Shown: piece by piece, positions 38,699 to 47,300 of the stretch
How the letters are laid out: the number at the start of each line of letters is the position of its first letter
How positions within the stretch are numbered: the first letter of the stretch is position 1
NCBI GenBank assembly: GCA_027263115.1
Contig: GCA_027263115.1_3656.1
Source: a phage
Reading direction: 5' to 3' (one strand)
Length of the DNA stretch: 64,000 nt
Notes under the pieces: model-generated
The model's input: the letters and a program-made list of their open reading frames with translations, nothing else
Told to the model about the DNA's origin: nothing
The model's database searches: none
Program-made: the position numbers and the translations under genes

Positions 38699-38727
38699 TT
38701 GACACCTTGGAATAGTCCGGATATACT
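38699..38727 (+). promoter_or_regulatory. sigma70-type promoter
   Basis: TTGACA-17nt-TATACT. Confidence 0.65.
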
Positions 38728-38762
38728 AACCACATCAAAGCAAGAAGGAAGGAGTAAACGCC

Positions 38763-39032
38763 ATGCGTAAATTAAAAAATTTTGATAAAGTTGATATTGT
38801 CCTGAATAATTTTTACTACTGCAATAACAAGGCCGTTTGGTGGCGTGATAGTTCCACCGATAAAGTCAAGGCGCGCTTTCTCCAGGGGCACTGGCAAGGC
38901 CGCCCAGTGATTAAAATCATGGGGCAATTGGTAGCGTTTAAAAATTGCCGCCGTGTTGATGACGTTGAAGAGATTTTAAACATTTTGCGCCACAATAATT
39001 TAAAAATAGTGTTGACAAGTAAATCTCAATAA
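38763..39032 (+). CDS. hypothetical protein
   Basis: 89-aa ORF with AAGGAAGGAG RBS. Confidence 0.55.
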   Translation: MRKLKNFDKVDIVLNNFYYCNNKAVWWRDSSTDKVKARFLQGHWQGRPVIKIMGQLVAFKNCRRVDDVEEILNILRHNNLKIVLTSKSQ

Positions 39033-39039
39033 GTATAAT
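39012..39039 (+). promoter_or_regulatory. sigma70-type promoter
   Basis: TTGACA-16nt-TATAAT, overlapping the 3-prime end of the preceding gene. Confidence 0.65.
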
Positions 39040-39096
39040 TAAAAACACAGGCGGGAAAACTTACCGCCACTAACAAAGAAAACAGGAGAAAATATC

Positions 39097-39720
39097 ATGA
39101 CCACCGTTAACATTACCACAGGTTGCAATTTATCTTTCGACGTGCTGACCGACGAACAAAAAGAAAAAGCTATTGAAATGGTCCGCGAAAGAGAAGAACA
39201 CAGCGGAGAGGATTTTTTCGCAGAAAGTGTAATTGAATATTATAAAGAACAAGTTTTTCCAGAGTACGGCCTTGAAGATACCGATGTACATTGGTCCGGC
39301 TTTTGGTGCCAGGGTGACGGCGCGTCAATCAGTGCTGAAAACGTGGATTTAGAAAAATTCTTGCGTAAAGTAAAGGCCCTGACCAAGTTCCGATCAATTC
39401 GTCACTTGTTTGGCACAATGCACGATGGCGAGTTATCAGCCAGTATTGAACGCGACAAGTACAGCCATTACAGCCATGAAAACACTGTAAGCGGATACAT
39501 TGATACCACCTGGCTAGATCTGACCGCCAAACAAGAAAACAAAGTGGAAGACCTGGAAGAGCTGATCACCGAGACGGTACGGGAGCTATCCCGCAAGGTT
39601 TACGTAGACCTGGAGGAGGCCTATCTAGAACAGTTCACTACCGAAAACCTGATCGGCCTTATTGAGGCCAATGATTGGCGGTTTGATGTGGATGAATATG
39701 GAGAGATGAGTTTTTCATAA
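39097..39720 (+). CDS. hypothetical acidic protein
   Basis: 207-aa ORF with CAGGAGA RBS. Confidence 0.55.
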   Translation: MTTVNITTGCNLSFDVLTDEQKEKAIEMVREREEHSGEDFFAESVIEYYKEQVFPEYGLEDTDVHWSGFWCQGDGASISAENVDLEKFLRKVKALTKFRSIRHLFGTMHDGELSASIERDKYSHYSHENTVSGYIDTTWLDLTAKQENKVEDLEELITETVRELSRKVYVDLEEAYLEQFTTENLIGLIEANDWRFDVDEYGEMSFS

Positions 39721-39809
39721 ATAAAGTGTTGCAATAATCTAAAAACCTGCTATATTAAAACTCAAGGGGGCAAGACGTTTGCCCCACACAAAACAAAGAG
39801 GAAAACATT

Positions 39810-40190
39810 ATGAAAAACACTACTAAAGCTATTGACACCGTTATGTTTAACCTGGTTACCTTTCGCGAGGATATGAAAGATCTTCCACGTGAAACAGTGT
39901 GCGATCACATTGAAAACTATCGCAAACTAATCAAAGAGTTGCCTTTAAAACGTGACCAGTATGCGGCTAACGCTATGCTCAACGCCATGATCAAAAAGAT
40001 GATTCAGTGTGATTTAACCCTGGCCTATGATTATGCAGGTGGTCGTTTTGCAGTATACAATCAGCCCGTGCCTGGTATGGGCACCACCGAAGAATTGCAC
40101 GCGCTCAATCTAAAACAAGACGTGTGGGATAGTATGCCCCGCGTGGTGGTGTGGGCAGAAAGCGGAAAGATTTACGGCGATAATTTTTAA
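39810..40190 (+). CDS. hypothetical protein
   Basis: 126-aa ORF with AAGAGGA RBS. Confidence 0.55.
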   Translation: MKNTTKAIDTVMFNLVTFREDMKDLPRETVCDHIENYRKLIKELPLKRDQYAANAMLNAMIKKMIQCDLTLAYDYAGGRFAVYNQPVPGMGTTEELHALNLKQDVWDSMPRVVVWAESGKIYGDNF

Positions 40191-40197
40191 TCAGGTA

Positions 40198-40228
40198 ACA
40201 GGCGGCATATTTGCCGCCTTATTGTTAA
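40198..40228 (+). terminator. intrinsic terminator
   Basis: ggcggcatatttgccgcc hairpin followed by TTATTGTT. Confidence 0.6.
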
Positions 40229-40254
40229 ACAGAACTGCAAAAGAGGTACATAGA

Positions 40255-40626
40255 ATGGAATTTATTATTTTGGCCGTATTAGTTGCCTTGTTTAACGCCT
40301 GGATCGCTGGCAAGATGGGTAGATCCGCCTTTTTATGGTTTATTATATCTATTTTCCTGGGGGTGGTTTCAACTATTGTACTTGTTATCCTTGCAATTGT
40401 TGACAAAGGTGATAATAGAAAGGGTAAAGTATTTTCCGACCTGTATGACGCGCAAACATTTGTCAACGCCTATTATAGTGATCTTCCAGTCTCCCTACGC
40501 TGCAGCCTTGCACAACAGGTTTTCGATGAAGCTAAAACCAGAGATCACGCCCATGAGATTTGTTTAACTGAGGCGGATCGCCTATTTGAGAGGAATAGAA
40601 AATATGTGGGCCAGCCGTTTAAATAA
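40255..40626 (+). CDS. hypothetical membrane protein
   Basis: start at internal Met of track ORF 40222-40626 after AAAGAGG; two predicted TM helices. Confidence 0.5.
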   Translation: MEFIILAVLVALFNAWIAGKMGRSAFLWFIISIFLGVVSTIVLVILAIVDKGDNRKGKVFSDLYDAQTFVNAYYSDLPVSLRCSLAQQVFDEAKTRDHAHEICLTEADRLFERNRKYVGQPFK

Positions 40627-40849
40627 TACCACGTTAATTAATCCCTTTGATGAAGATTTGAAGCCAGCCGCCTGGCGTGATGGATTCAATAACGAACGCT
40701 TTATTTTCAGGCCTGATCTTAAGGAATTTTATAACAATGGATCGAACAACGACAGAGATAATTTTTCTTGTGATGTGCGTGGTGATGGTACTCCTGGGGG
40801 CCATTGTAAACCACGTCACTACTACCAGGATGAAAGGGGGAGACGATGA
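40604..40849 (+). CDS. hypothetical protein
   Basis: ORF; start uncertain between 40586 and 40604. Confidence 0.45.
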   Translation: MWASRLNNTTLINPFDEDLKPAAWRDGFNNERFIFRPDLKEFYNNGSNNDRDNFSCDVRGDGTPGGHCKPRHYYQDERGRR

Positions 40850-40965
40850 CAACCAAGGATAAGCCCCGCACCGATAAGGTGCGCCGGGTTATGGTATGGC
40901 TTGAGATCATCGCCCTTGAAATATTGTTAGGCGTAGGGATGTATTTTATCGCTGTAAGTAACTGA
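40846..40965 (+). CDS. small hydrophobic peptide (39 aa)
   Basis: ATGA overlap with upstream stop; predicted TM helix. Confidence 0.4.
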   Translation: MTTKDKPRTDKVRRVMVWLEIIALEILLGVGMYFIAVSN

Positions 40966-40968
40966 TAA

Positions 40969-41010
40969 CGGCCCCCGATCCCTGGGGGCCTAACTTTTTA
41001 AAATTTTTTT
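40969..41010 (+). terminator. intrinsic terminator
   Basis: ggcccccgatccctgggggcc hairpin followed by a T-rich tract. Confidence 0.65.
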
Positions 41011-41106
41011 TCTCCCTGAGTGTTGCAATCCGATCCAGAATATGGATAATAATAATCAACGGGGAGCTAATCCCCACCAACACAAAAACCAGAAAGGAGA
41101 AACAAA

Positions 41107-41307
41107 ATGAGCAACAATATCCGCGTTATTAACTTCAAAAAAGAAGAAAAAATTGCCGTGCTGATTGACGGTCAAGAAATCTTCAAGGGCTATTATGAAG
41201 ATCATCAAACGGCGATTAGTATCACTCGCGTGATTGGTTACCATAATTTTTACCCCCAAGGCGCTGAGGCGGCGGTTAAACGAATCAAAGAGATTGTAGG
41301 CCTGTAA
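41107..41307 (+). CDS. hypothetical protein
   Basis: 66-aa ORF with AAAGGAGA RBS. Confidence 0.55.
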   Translation: MSNNIRVINFKKEEKIAVLIDGQEIFKGYYEDHQTAISITRVIGYHNFYPQGAEAAVKRIKEIVGL

Positions 41308-41355
41308 AATTTATTTTTAGATGGCCTTGACTTCAGGGCCATCAATAAAGTAAAT
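41308..41355 (+). promoter_or_regulatory. repeated palindromic promoter-like element, copy 3
   Basis: variant of the 36955 element (ttgacttcagggcc); immediately follows a stop codon. Confidence 0.5.
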
Positions 41356-41400
41356 TTAAACCCTGTTAAAAGACCACGCAGTTAACAAGGAGTGATAGAC

Positions 41401-41700
41401 ATGTTTATCCAGGCTAATAATCTTTATTTCTTTGATGGTCAGATCGTAGATGGTGTGGAAGTGGAGATCACCGGGTGCCCTGGCGGTCAGGCTATGACTT
41501 TTCGGAATAATGCCTTTGATGATTCTCATATCGTTATGAGAATGGAAGTTACGAAGCTGGACGACAAGAAAACACTTATTGACTATTCTGTGAAAGATCA
41601 TCCAGACTACCACATGATCTATGGTGATTTGTGCGTTGTTGACCGTGACAAGGTGGGCGGCATTGTGATCGCTATTGTGAACGATGTTTTCTCAAACTAA
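41401..41700 (+). CDS. hypothetical protein
   Basis: ATG after AAGGAGTG; track start 41392. Confidence 0.55.
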   Translation: MFIQANNLYFFDGQIVDGVEVEITGCPGGQAMTFRNNAFDDSHIVMRMEVTKLDDKKTLIDYSVKDHPDYHMIYGDLCVVDRDKVGGIVIAIVNDVFSN

Positions 41701-41717
41701 TTTCAGCAGGTGATTTT

Positions 41718-42068
41718 ATGAAAATAAAACTATATTACCTTAATGAGCTTAACCCCCTTGCCCAGGTCCGCGCCATAGCTAATACCTTGATTTGTGAGAA
41801 ATCTGTATATTGTGTTGAGCTTAACGCCATGCGTGAACGTCTCAAAGGTGGTTACTTTGACATCCATACTGCAATCAACGGCCTGAATATGGAATTTATA
41901 CGCTTACGTAACAGCCGCTGGAATCTGGCAAGAATGGAACAAGATCCGGCCTACCTTCGTAAGCTGGTTATTGAAAATCATCTGATGTTTAATGCCGAGG
42001 GTGATTATTACCATTTTCACCGCAGACGCTGGTACCGTGGCGGCAATACAGGCAAGAATGCAAAATAA
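41718..42068 (+). CDS. hypothetical protein
   Basis: 116-aa ORF. Confidence 0.55.
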   Translation: MKIKLYYLNELNPLAQVRAIANTLICEKSVYCVELNAMRERLKGGYFDIHTAINGLNMEFIRLRNSRWNLARMEQDPAYLRKLVIENHLMFNAEGDYYHFHRRRWYRGGNTGKNAK

Positions 42069-42103
42069 GGCCCCTAGCAGGGCCTGCAGCAATATAATCA
42101 CAT

Positions 42104-42136
42104 AAAGGCCATGCAACCGCATGGCCTTTATTATTT
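42104..42136 (+). terminator. intrinsic terminator
   Basis: aaaggccatgcaaccgcatggccttt hairpin followed by ATTATTTT. Confidence 0.65.
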
Positions 42137-42270
42137 TGGCGTTACAACGGCATACGGGGCGCTTAAAAAATTTTTAAAGAAGTACTTGCATCATTCCCGA
42201 CAATATGGATAATAAGAGTTGTCGAGGGGGAGGCCCCCAATCGTTGACCAGATAGATAGGAGTTAAAATC

Positions 42271-42555
42271 ATGGCTATTGTTACCGCTGGCGATGTAGTA
42301 GAAATGGAAGCAAAATACTTAAAAGCGGGTATGCACATCCTACGGAATGATCAAGAGTTATTATTAACGATGGTTGACTATAATCCCGGCCAGGATTATC
42401 CAAGCATCGACTACTTTTTTGAGTATGTTGATGAAGAGTTGAAAGAGGATGAGGCATATTGCGGTGAGTTCTGCAACTTCTTTTGTCCTGATGAGGTTGT
42501 AAAGGTTATTTATCAACCTGGCGTACCTTTCCCACTGCACGCTATCAATAAATAA
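42271..42555 (+). CDS. hypothetical protein
   Basis: 94-aa ORF with TAGGAG RBS. Confidence 0.55.
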   Translation: MAIVTAGDVVEMEAKYLKAGMHILRNDQELLLTMVDYNPGQDYPSIDYFFEYVDEELKEDEAYCGEFCNFFCPDEVVKVIYQPGVPFPLHAINK

Positions 42556-42609
42556 ACCTGGCGGGGCCGAAAAGGCCCCAATTATGAAAATAAAGAGAGG
42601 TAAATCATC

Positions 42610-42843
42610 ATGATGGAACAAATTAAACGCGCTGAGGCTATTAATGGCAATGTGATCTATTTTGTCAGCAAAAACGAAAAAGGCGTACCATATGCGGCGG
42701 TAATAGTACAACCTGACGGCGATTATTGGTTTACTGTGTACGGCGCTTATTCTTTTGGGCGTCCAGTGCATGATAAAATTTTGAAAGTAGCGAACCCTAC
42801 CGGGAAGAATATCACAGCAGAAAAATTTTTTGAAAATAGTTGA
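42610..42843 (+). CDS. hypothetical protein
   Basis: 77-aa ORF with AGAGAGG RBS. Confidence 0.55.
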   Translation: MMEQIKRAEAINGNVIYFVSKNEKGVPYAAVIVQPDGDYWFTVYGAYSFGRPVHDKILKVANPTGKNITAEKFFENS

Positions 42844-42868
42844 CATGACCATATAAGACTGTAATATA
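42840..42868 (+). promoter_or_regulatory. sigma70-type promoter
   Basis: TTGACA-17nt-AATATA. Confidence 0.5.
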
Positions 42869-42918
42869 TAAATCAAAGGGGGCAACAAGCCCCACCAACC
42901 ACAAAGAGGATAAAAATC

Positions 42919-43098
42919 ATGGCTATTATTGCAAAGACTGAGATCGTAGGCTTAGATTCTATTCTACTCGCATATGAGGAAGCTATAGAAATGTATGTGG
43001 TTTCCTACGGTGAATATATCCGTGAATATAAATCTATTGATCTAGCTTTTGAATGTTATATTCGCCAGGTCAATAAAGCATATGATGATTATCGTTAA
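42919..43098 (+). CDS. small hypothetical protein (59 aa)
   Basis: ATG after AAGAGGA; below ORF-track cutoff. Confidence 0.45.
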   Translation: MAIIAKTEIVGLDSILLAYEEAIEMYVVSYGEYIREYKSIDLAFECYIRQVNKAYDDYR

Positions 43099-43189
43099 AA
43101 TAGTTTGACAACAAACAACCATCTAACAAAGCATAATACATAAGGTGGTAGAATGATCCGCCACCTGGAACAAAGAAGAGGTAAACACC

Positions 43190-43435
43190 ATGAAAAGCAA
43201 TAAAGGTTATAACGGTTACAAAAACAAAACTCATTGGAATGTAAGCCTTTGGATTAATAACGATGAGTCATTGTACCGGTTGGCCCAAGGCTTTATTAAC
43301 GCCAATGCTAATCGTAATGATGCGGCGCGGGATATGATGCTTTTTCTGGAGCTAACCGGACAAGATAAGACCCCGGACGGCTTCAAGTACAGCACTACGG
43401 CGATCCGTGCCGCGATGGTTGGAATGAAACACTAA
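43190..43435 (+). CDS. hypothetical protein
   Basis: 81-aa ORF with AAGAGG RBS. Confidence 0.55.
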   Translation: MKSNKGYNGYKNKTHWNVSLWINNDESLYRLAQGFINANANRNDAARDMMLFLELTGQDKTPDGFKYSTTAIRAAMVGMKH

Positions 43436-43511
43436 AAGCATATAGCCGCCTTACCCTGGGGCCGCTGCTACGGCCCCATGAATAAGGTTACTAACAGAAG
43501 AGAATAAACAC

Positions 43512-43616
43512 CATGAAACAAAAATTAATTGATGCTGTGATCCTGGTTATTGCCTTAGGTATTGGCCTGATTGCAACCATGGCTAATGTGATCTTGTCTT
43601 CCAACGGTATCGGGTG
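43512..43616 (+). CDS. small hydrophobic peptide (34 aa)
   Basis: predicted TM helix; C-terminal SSNGIG similar to the 37034 peptide. Confidence 0.4.
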
Positions 43617-43626
43617 AGGTTGACAA

Positions 43627-43842
43627 ATGATCACTAACAAAACAGGAAAAACAGAATTTTTACGCAACTTACAGATCGGCAAGCCTGAGATCTGGCATTG
43701 CACTAAAACACCACGTGACGAAATGAAAGACTTCACCGCCACGCTGCAACGGGTAAAGATATCCATCACGCAGAAAAAGGCCTTGCTAGTGGTGGAAGGT
43801 GAGATCCCCCAAACCGTTGTTATAGTTGAGCGTACAGCATAG
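43627..43842 (+). CDS. hypothetical protein
   Basis: 71-aa ORF. Confidence 0.5.
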   Translation: MITNKTGKTEFLRNLQIGKPEIWHCTKTPRDEMKDFTATLQRVKISITQKKALLVVEGEIPQTVVIVERTA

Positions 43843-43933
43843 TTTAATTTATAGAGATACCTGAAAATTAACCAATAAAGCATAAACAGGCGGTTACCGC
43901 CGCCTTAAACGTAGCAGAAAGAGGATAGACACA

Positions 43934-44218
43934 ATGAAAAAGATGATCGCAGTGGTTGCCCTAGTTGTTGGACTTAATGCGCCTGTAATGGCTAAAGAGC
44001 TGGCAAAAGAGGTTAATCTAACGGATATTCATGCCGTCAATCAAATCGGGGTTACTTATCGCTTATGCCTTGCCGCTAAAACTTTTAATGACGGCACAAC
44101 AGAGTACTACGGATTCGAGGGTATCCGGTGCGGTGAGCTTGCTCGCGACCTTAAGGAAGATCCAGATCTGGAAGATCTACCCATCACCGTAAACGGTAAA
44201 GCTTACGTAAACCGTTAA
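43934..44218 (+). CDS. hypothetical secreted protein
   Basis: signal-peptide-like N-terminus MKKMIAVVALVVGLNAPVMA; AGAGGA RBS. Confidence 0.55.
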   Translation: MKKMIAVVALVVGLNAPVMAKELAKEVNLTDIHAVNQIGVTYRLCLAAKTFNDGTTEYYGFEGIRCGELARDLKEDPDLEDLPITVNGKAYVNR

Positions 44219-44220
44219 CC

Positions 44221-44355
44221 ATGAGAAAGATAATCATCACCTTGGGGATTGTGGTAGCAATACTGGCGCTCTTTCCCCTTATGGTTAGGTATGTGCTGAT
44301 CAGTGTTGTCCTGATAGTCAGCGATCTATTGGAAACGGTTGGCACCTTGTTTTAA
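44221..44355 (+). CDS. small hydrophobic peptide (44 aa)
   Basis: two hydrophobic segments; begins 2 nt after upstream stop. Confidence 0.4.
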   Translation: MRKIIITLGIVVAILALFPLMVRYVLISVVLIVSDLLETVGTLF

Positions 44356-44368
44356 AGAGCGATAAAAA

Positions 44369-44560
44369 ATGAATATCGAACAAGTTAGAAAGGTATTAGC
44401 GGTACTGCGTTATCATAATCATAGAAAGGTCATAGACGATCCTGATTATGTTGATTCAAGTCTAGAAGAGGATACACTACAAGCCATAAGTAACATGCAA
44501 GAATTGCTAAAGCGCATGACAGAGAAAAACAGACCGGACTACATAGGCGAAAAAATATAA
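44369..44560 (+). CDS. hypothetical protein
   Basis: 63-aa ORF. Confidence 0.5.
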   Translation: MNIEQVRKVLAVLRYHNHRKVIDDPDYVDSSLEEDTLQAISNMQELLKRMTEKNRPDYIGEKI

Positions 44561-44578
44561 TATTTATAAACTACAAAA

Positions 44579-44606
44579 CAGGGCTTGCAATGGCCCTGTT
44601 TTTGTT
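44579..44606 (+). terminator. intrinsic terminator
   Basis: cagggc-ttgcaatg-gccctg hairpin followed by TTTTTG. Confidence 0.7.
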
Positions 44607-44619
44607 ATACTTATTCTAC

Positions 44620-44662
44620 GGCAGGCACCTGGCGACGGGGGGAGACAATCACCGGGCCTGCC
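44620..44662 (-). repeat. copy C (inverted, complete) of the palindromic ggcaggc...gcctgcc element
   Basis: reverse complement begins ggcaggcccggtgattgtctccc (identical to 35176-35198) and continues like 35315-35351. Confidence 0.6.
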
Positions 44663-44687
44663 TGTCATACAAGAACTATAAAAACCG

Positions 44688-44716
44688 TTGACATCTGCCA
44701 TGGGGTGGGGTAACAT
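44688..44716 (+). promoter_or_regulatory. sigma70-type promoter
   Basis: TTGACA-17nt-TAACAT. Confidence 0.6.
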
Positions 44717-44770
44717 TTATCTTGAAGGGGCAAAAGTGCCCACACAACAACCAGGAGAGAGGAAAACATT

Positions 44771-45043
44771 ATGTCAAGCTGGATTAATCAAGAAGTCGAA
44801 TCACGTTTTAATGCTATATGGGATCTCATCGAAAAAGAGGACGGAACATCAAGCCCCTACCTCAACAATTTGGAATTCCATTTTGTGGAAGCGATGAACG
44901 CAGAACATGATCACGAAGGTGGCGCGGATGAGTTCGCTAAAGGTTATGGCTTTAACAATGCCAACGAAATGATCGAGGCGGTTGTACTCCAGGCTGAGGA
45001 AGATTATCAATTAAAAACGCTTGAATTCTGCCGCCGTAAGTAA
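44771..45043 (+). CDS. hypothetical acidic protein
   Basis: 90-aa ORF with AGGAGAGAGG RBS. Confidence 0.55.
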   Translation: MSSWINQEVESRFNAIWDLIEKEDGTSSPYLNNLEFHFVEAMNAEHDHEGGADEFAKGYGFNNANEMIEAVVLQAEEDYQLKTLEFCRRK

Positions 45044-45103
45044 TAAGATAATGACACGGGCCAAAAGGCCCACTAATCAGAACCACACAAAGGGAGAAAG
45101 AAA

Positions 45104-45322
45104 ATGACAACCCGTAAAATTAAAGTTGTTTGCATTGAATCGACTGGGGGCGCTTTTGTAGTTGGTCAGGAATATAATGCGGTTTTAATGGGTACGGATT
45201 GGAAGGTTAAAGGCCTTAATGGTTACGAGTACGGCACTACTTGCGGCTTGCGTGGTCGAATCGGATACGTGAGTTTAGACAATAAAGAAAAATTTGTTTT
45301 CGACACCCTTGTGAGTAAATAG
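45104..45322 (+). CDS. hypothetical protein
   Basis: 72-aa ORF with AAGGGAGA RBS. Confidence 0.55.
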   Translation: MTTRKIKVVCIESTGGAFVVGQEYNAVLMGTDWKVKGLNGYEYGTTCGLRGRIGYVSLDNKEKFVFDTLVSK

Positions 45323-45400
45323 CATGAATTGCTAAAGACTGATCTGCGAACTGCTGTATTATCAACTAATCAAAACGAACCACATAAAGAGGTAAACATC

Positions 45401-45664
45401 ATGAAACGTCTTGATCAGCTCAAACTAGTTCAGTACATGGCCTACAGAATTCTTGAAGTCCAAAAAGGTAGCAAAAAAGAGGTTTGCGAGAAAGCTTATA
45501 AGATCTTTACCCGCAAAAAAGATGACTGGATGCTACGCCAGACCAAAAAGGCTGACATCTTGGGGTACCTGGAAGAAGAGATCCGCCTTGAAGAGCAAGA
45601 AGAGATCCGCCGCAGTGAAGCAGATTATCAGGCAGCTTGGGAAAACTGGATGAATAACAAATAA
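45401..45664 (+). CDS. hypothetical protein
   Basis: ATG after AAAGAGG; track start 45329 less likely. Confidence 0.5.
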   Translation: MKRLDQLKLVQYMAYRILEVQKGSKKEVCEKAYKIFTRKKDDWMLRQTKKADILGYLEEEIRLEEQEEIRRSEADYQAAWENWMNNK

Positions 45665-45728
45665 TACAACAAGTTACGGTCAGGGGGCAATAAAGCCCCT
45701 TGATCACATAAAAATTATGCTATCCTTA

Positions 45729-45757
45729 TTGACAAGGATCGGCAGTTTTGCTATATT
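45729..45757 (+). promoter_or_regulatory. sigma70-type promoter
   Basis: TTGACA-17nt-TATATT. Confidence 0.65.
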
Positions 45758-45806
45758 CTTTTTTAAAGGGAAGTTGTAAGAAAATTAACTAAGAGGTAAA
45801 AACACC

Positions 45807-46226
45807 ATGAACATTAAATCTAATAATCCGGCATATAGCTTTGATAACGCTTTTTGTCACGGTCCGGCGGCGAAAGGATTCGAAATCGATGGTAAACTAA
45901 TTATTGTCAATGTTGACGGGGAAGAGGTTGCAGTATATCCGGTGGCAGACGTAAAAAGCCGTTTACAATGCCGCATTGATGTTACCGCCTATCAGCTTGA
46001 TCCGGTCCGCATAGTTGCCCTGGTCCTGGAAGAAGAAATTAAAGCCATGCACCATAGCAACAGGTTTATTGGTGACGCTCAGGATAATATGAAGGTGTGC
46101 CGCCATAAAGTTAATGAAGTGCTTAAAGAGTACGGCTATAAAGATCTTATGATCAAACGTGATGAAAAATTCCGGTACCGTAACGACCTGGCAAATCGAA
46201 TCTATGAAATATACGAATCATTATAA
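45807..46226 (+). CDS. hypothetical protein
   Basis: 139-aa ORF with AAGAGG RBS; last gene of the rightward block. Confidence 0.55.
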   Translation: MNIKSNNPAYSFDNAFCHGPAAKGFEIDGKLIIVNVDGEEVAVYPVADVKSRLQCRIDVTAYQLDPVRIVALVLEEEIKAMHHSNRFIGDAQDNMKVCRHKVNEVLKEYGYKDLMIKRDEKFRYRNDLANRIYEIYESL

Positions 46227-46244
46227 TTTTTTAACTGAATTATC

Positions 46245-46269
46245 AAGGGGCTTAGGCCCCTTTCTTTTT
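46245..46269 (+). terminator. intrinsic terminator
   Basis: aaggggc-ttag-gcccctt hairpin followed by TCTTTTTG. Confidence 0.7.
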
Positions 46270-46880
46270 GTCTGATCTTCCCCCTACCATAAACGGCCCT
46301 ACCTGGCAAGTGGAATAATTGACGAGCCATCAACCCCACACACTGTACAAATATACATGTAAAATAACTATTGCATAACTTTTCATTGTGTGGTAGCAGG
46401 GCTATTTTTACCCGTTTTTCCTTCCAAAATTGCACGTAATGCAGCTATTGCACAAAATTTAACCTGATGCATATCTTCAGTGTCTTGTCAACAACTAAAA
46501 ATCTTTATAAGTCATGCACTTACATAACCACAAAAGCGTGCTCTACGTGAAAAATCGAGTATAACTATAGCCGCCAGATCTCAGAATTTACGTACGCTCA
46601 CCATTCTATAGTCTGCTAAGTATTTATTCCAACCATAGAATAACGGAATAGTCAATACCTGCATAAAATAATTATTCGTGTAAACTGCATAACATAAATC
46701 AGCTTAGGTGTCAACATTTTTCGTAAACAGTCTGAAATTATCACGATGAGTTATCATAAACAGAGAAATCTTTAGTCGTCTAATGTTTACTGTACGTTAC
46801 TATACTAACTGAAATCATTAGATGACTAATAGAAAGATAAGAAATAATTAACAATACAATTATTTTATCTGTAACAATAA

Positions 46881-47166
46881 GGCAACTATGCAAACGAATG
46901 GCATGGCGCGACGGAGTCGCGACATAATATAAAAGCAGTAACCATCACCCCCGTGATAGTTTGTCTGCAATCTATTAATCAGATCATAGTTGCCTTGTAT
47001 TTAGTTAATCATGACATAACAAGCAAGGCAACTATAGATCTGCTAATAGTTGCCCTGCTTTTATATTATGTCATAGGAACGCCCGAAGGGGTGACCTAGT
47101 CACCTGGCATAGCCAGCGAAAGATTATTAACTTGGTAATAGTTATCATGCAAACGAATGGCATGGC
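46881..47166. repeat. nested inverted-repeat structure flanked by 20-bp direct repeats
   Basis: direct repeat atgcaaacgaatggcatggc at 46888 and 47147; 18-bp inverted repeat gacataatataaaagcag (46921) vs ctgcttttatattatgtc (47055); 12-bp inverted repeat atagttgccttg (46986) vs caaggcaactat (47024). Confidence 0.6.
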
Positions 47167-47177
47167 TTATCATCTCT

Positions 47178-47300
47178 GTGTAAACAGTCAATCATGTAAA
47201 CTATTAGATATGTAAACAGTAAAGGGCGTGAACAGTAAGCGAGGGAATAGTAATAGCGTGAATAGTGACAGCGTAAACAGTGACAGCGTAAACAGTCAGG
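47178..47300. repeat. iteron-like GTAAACAGT repeats
   Basis: at least six copies of GT(A/G)AA(C/T)AGT, including two tandem 15-bp units gacagcgtaaacagt at 47267-47296. Confidence 0.6.

Noticed and set aside
39097-39720. Possible ArdA-like antirestriction protein (acidic, about 200 aa)
   Set aside because: Resemblance is compositional only; no convincing motif alignment could be made by eye.
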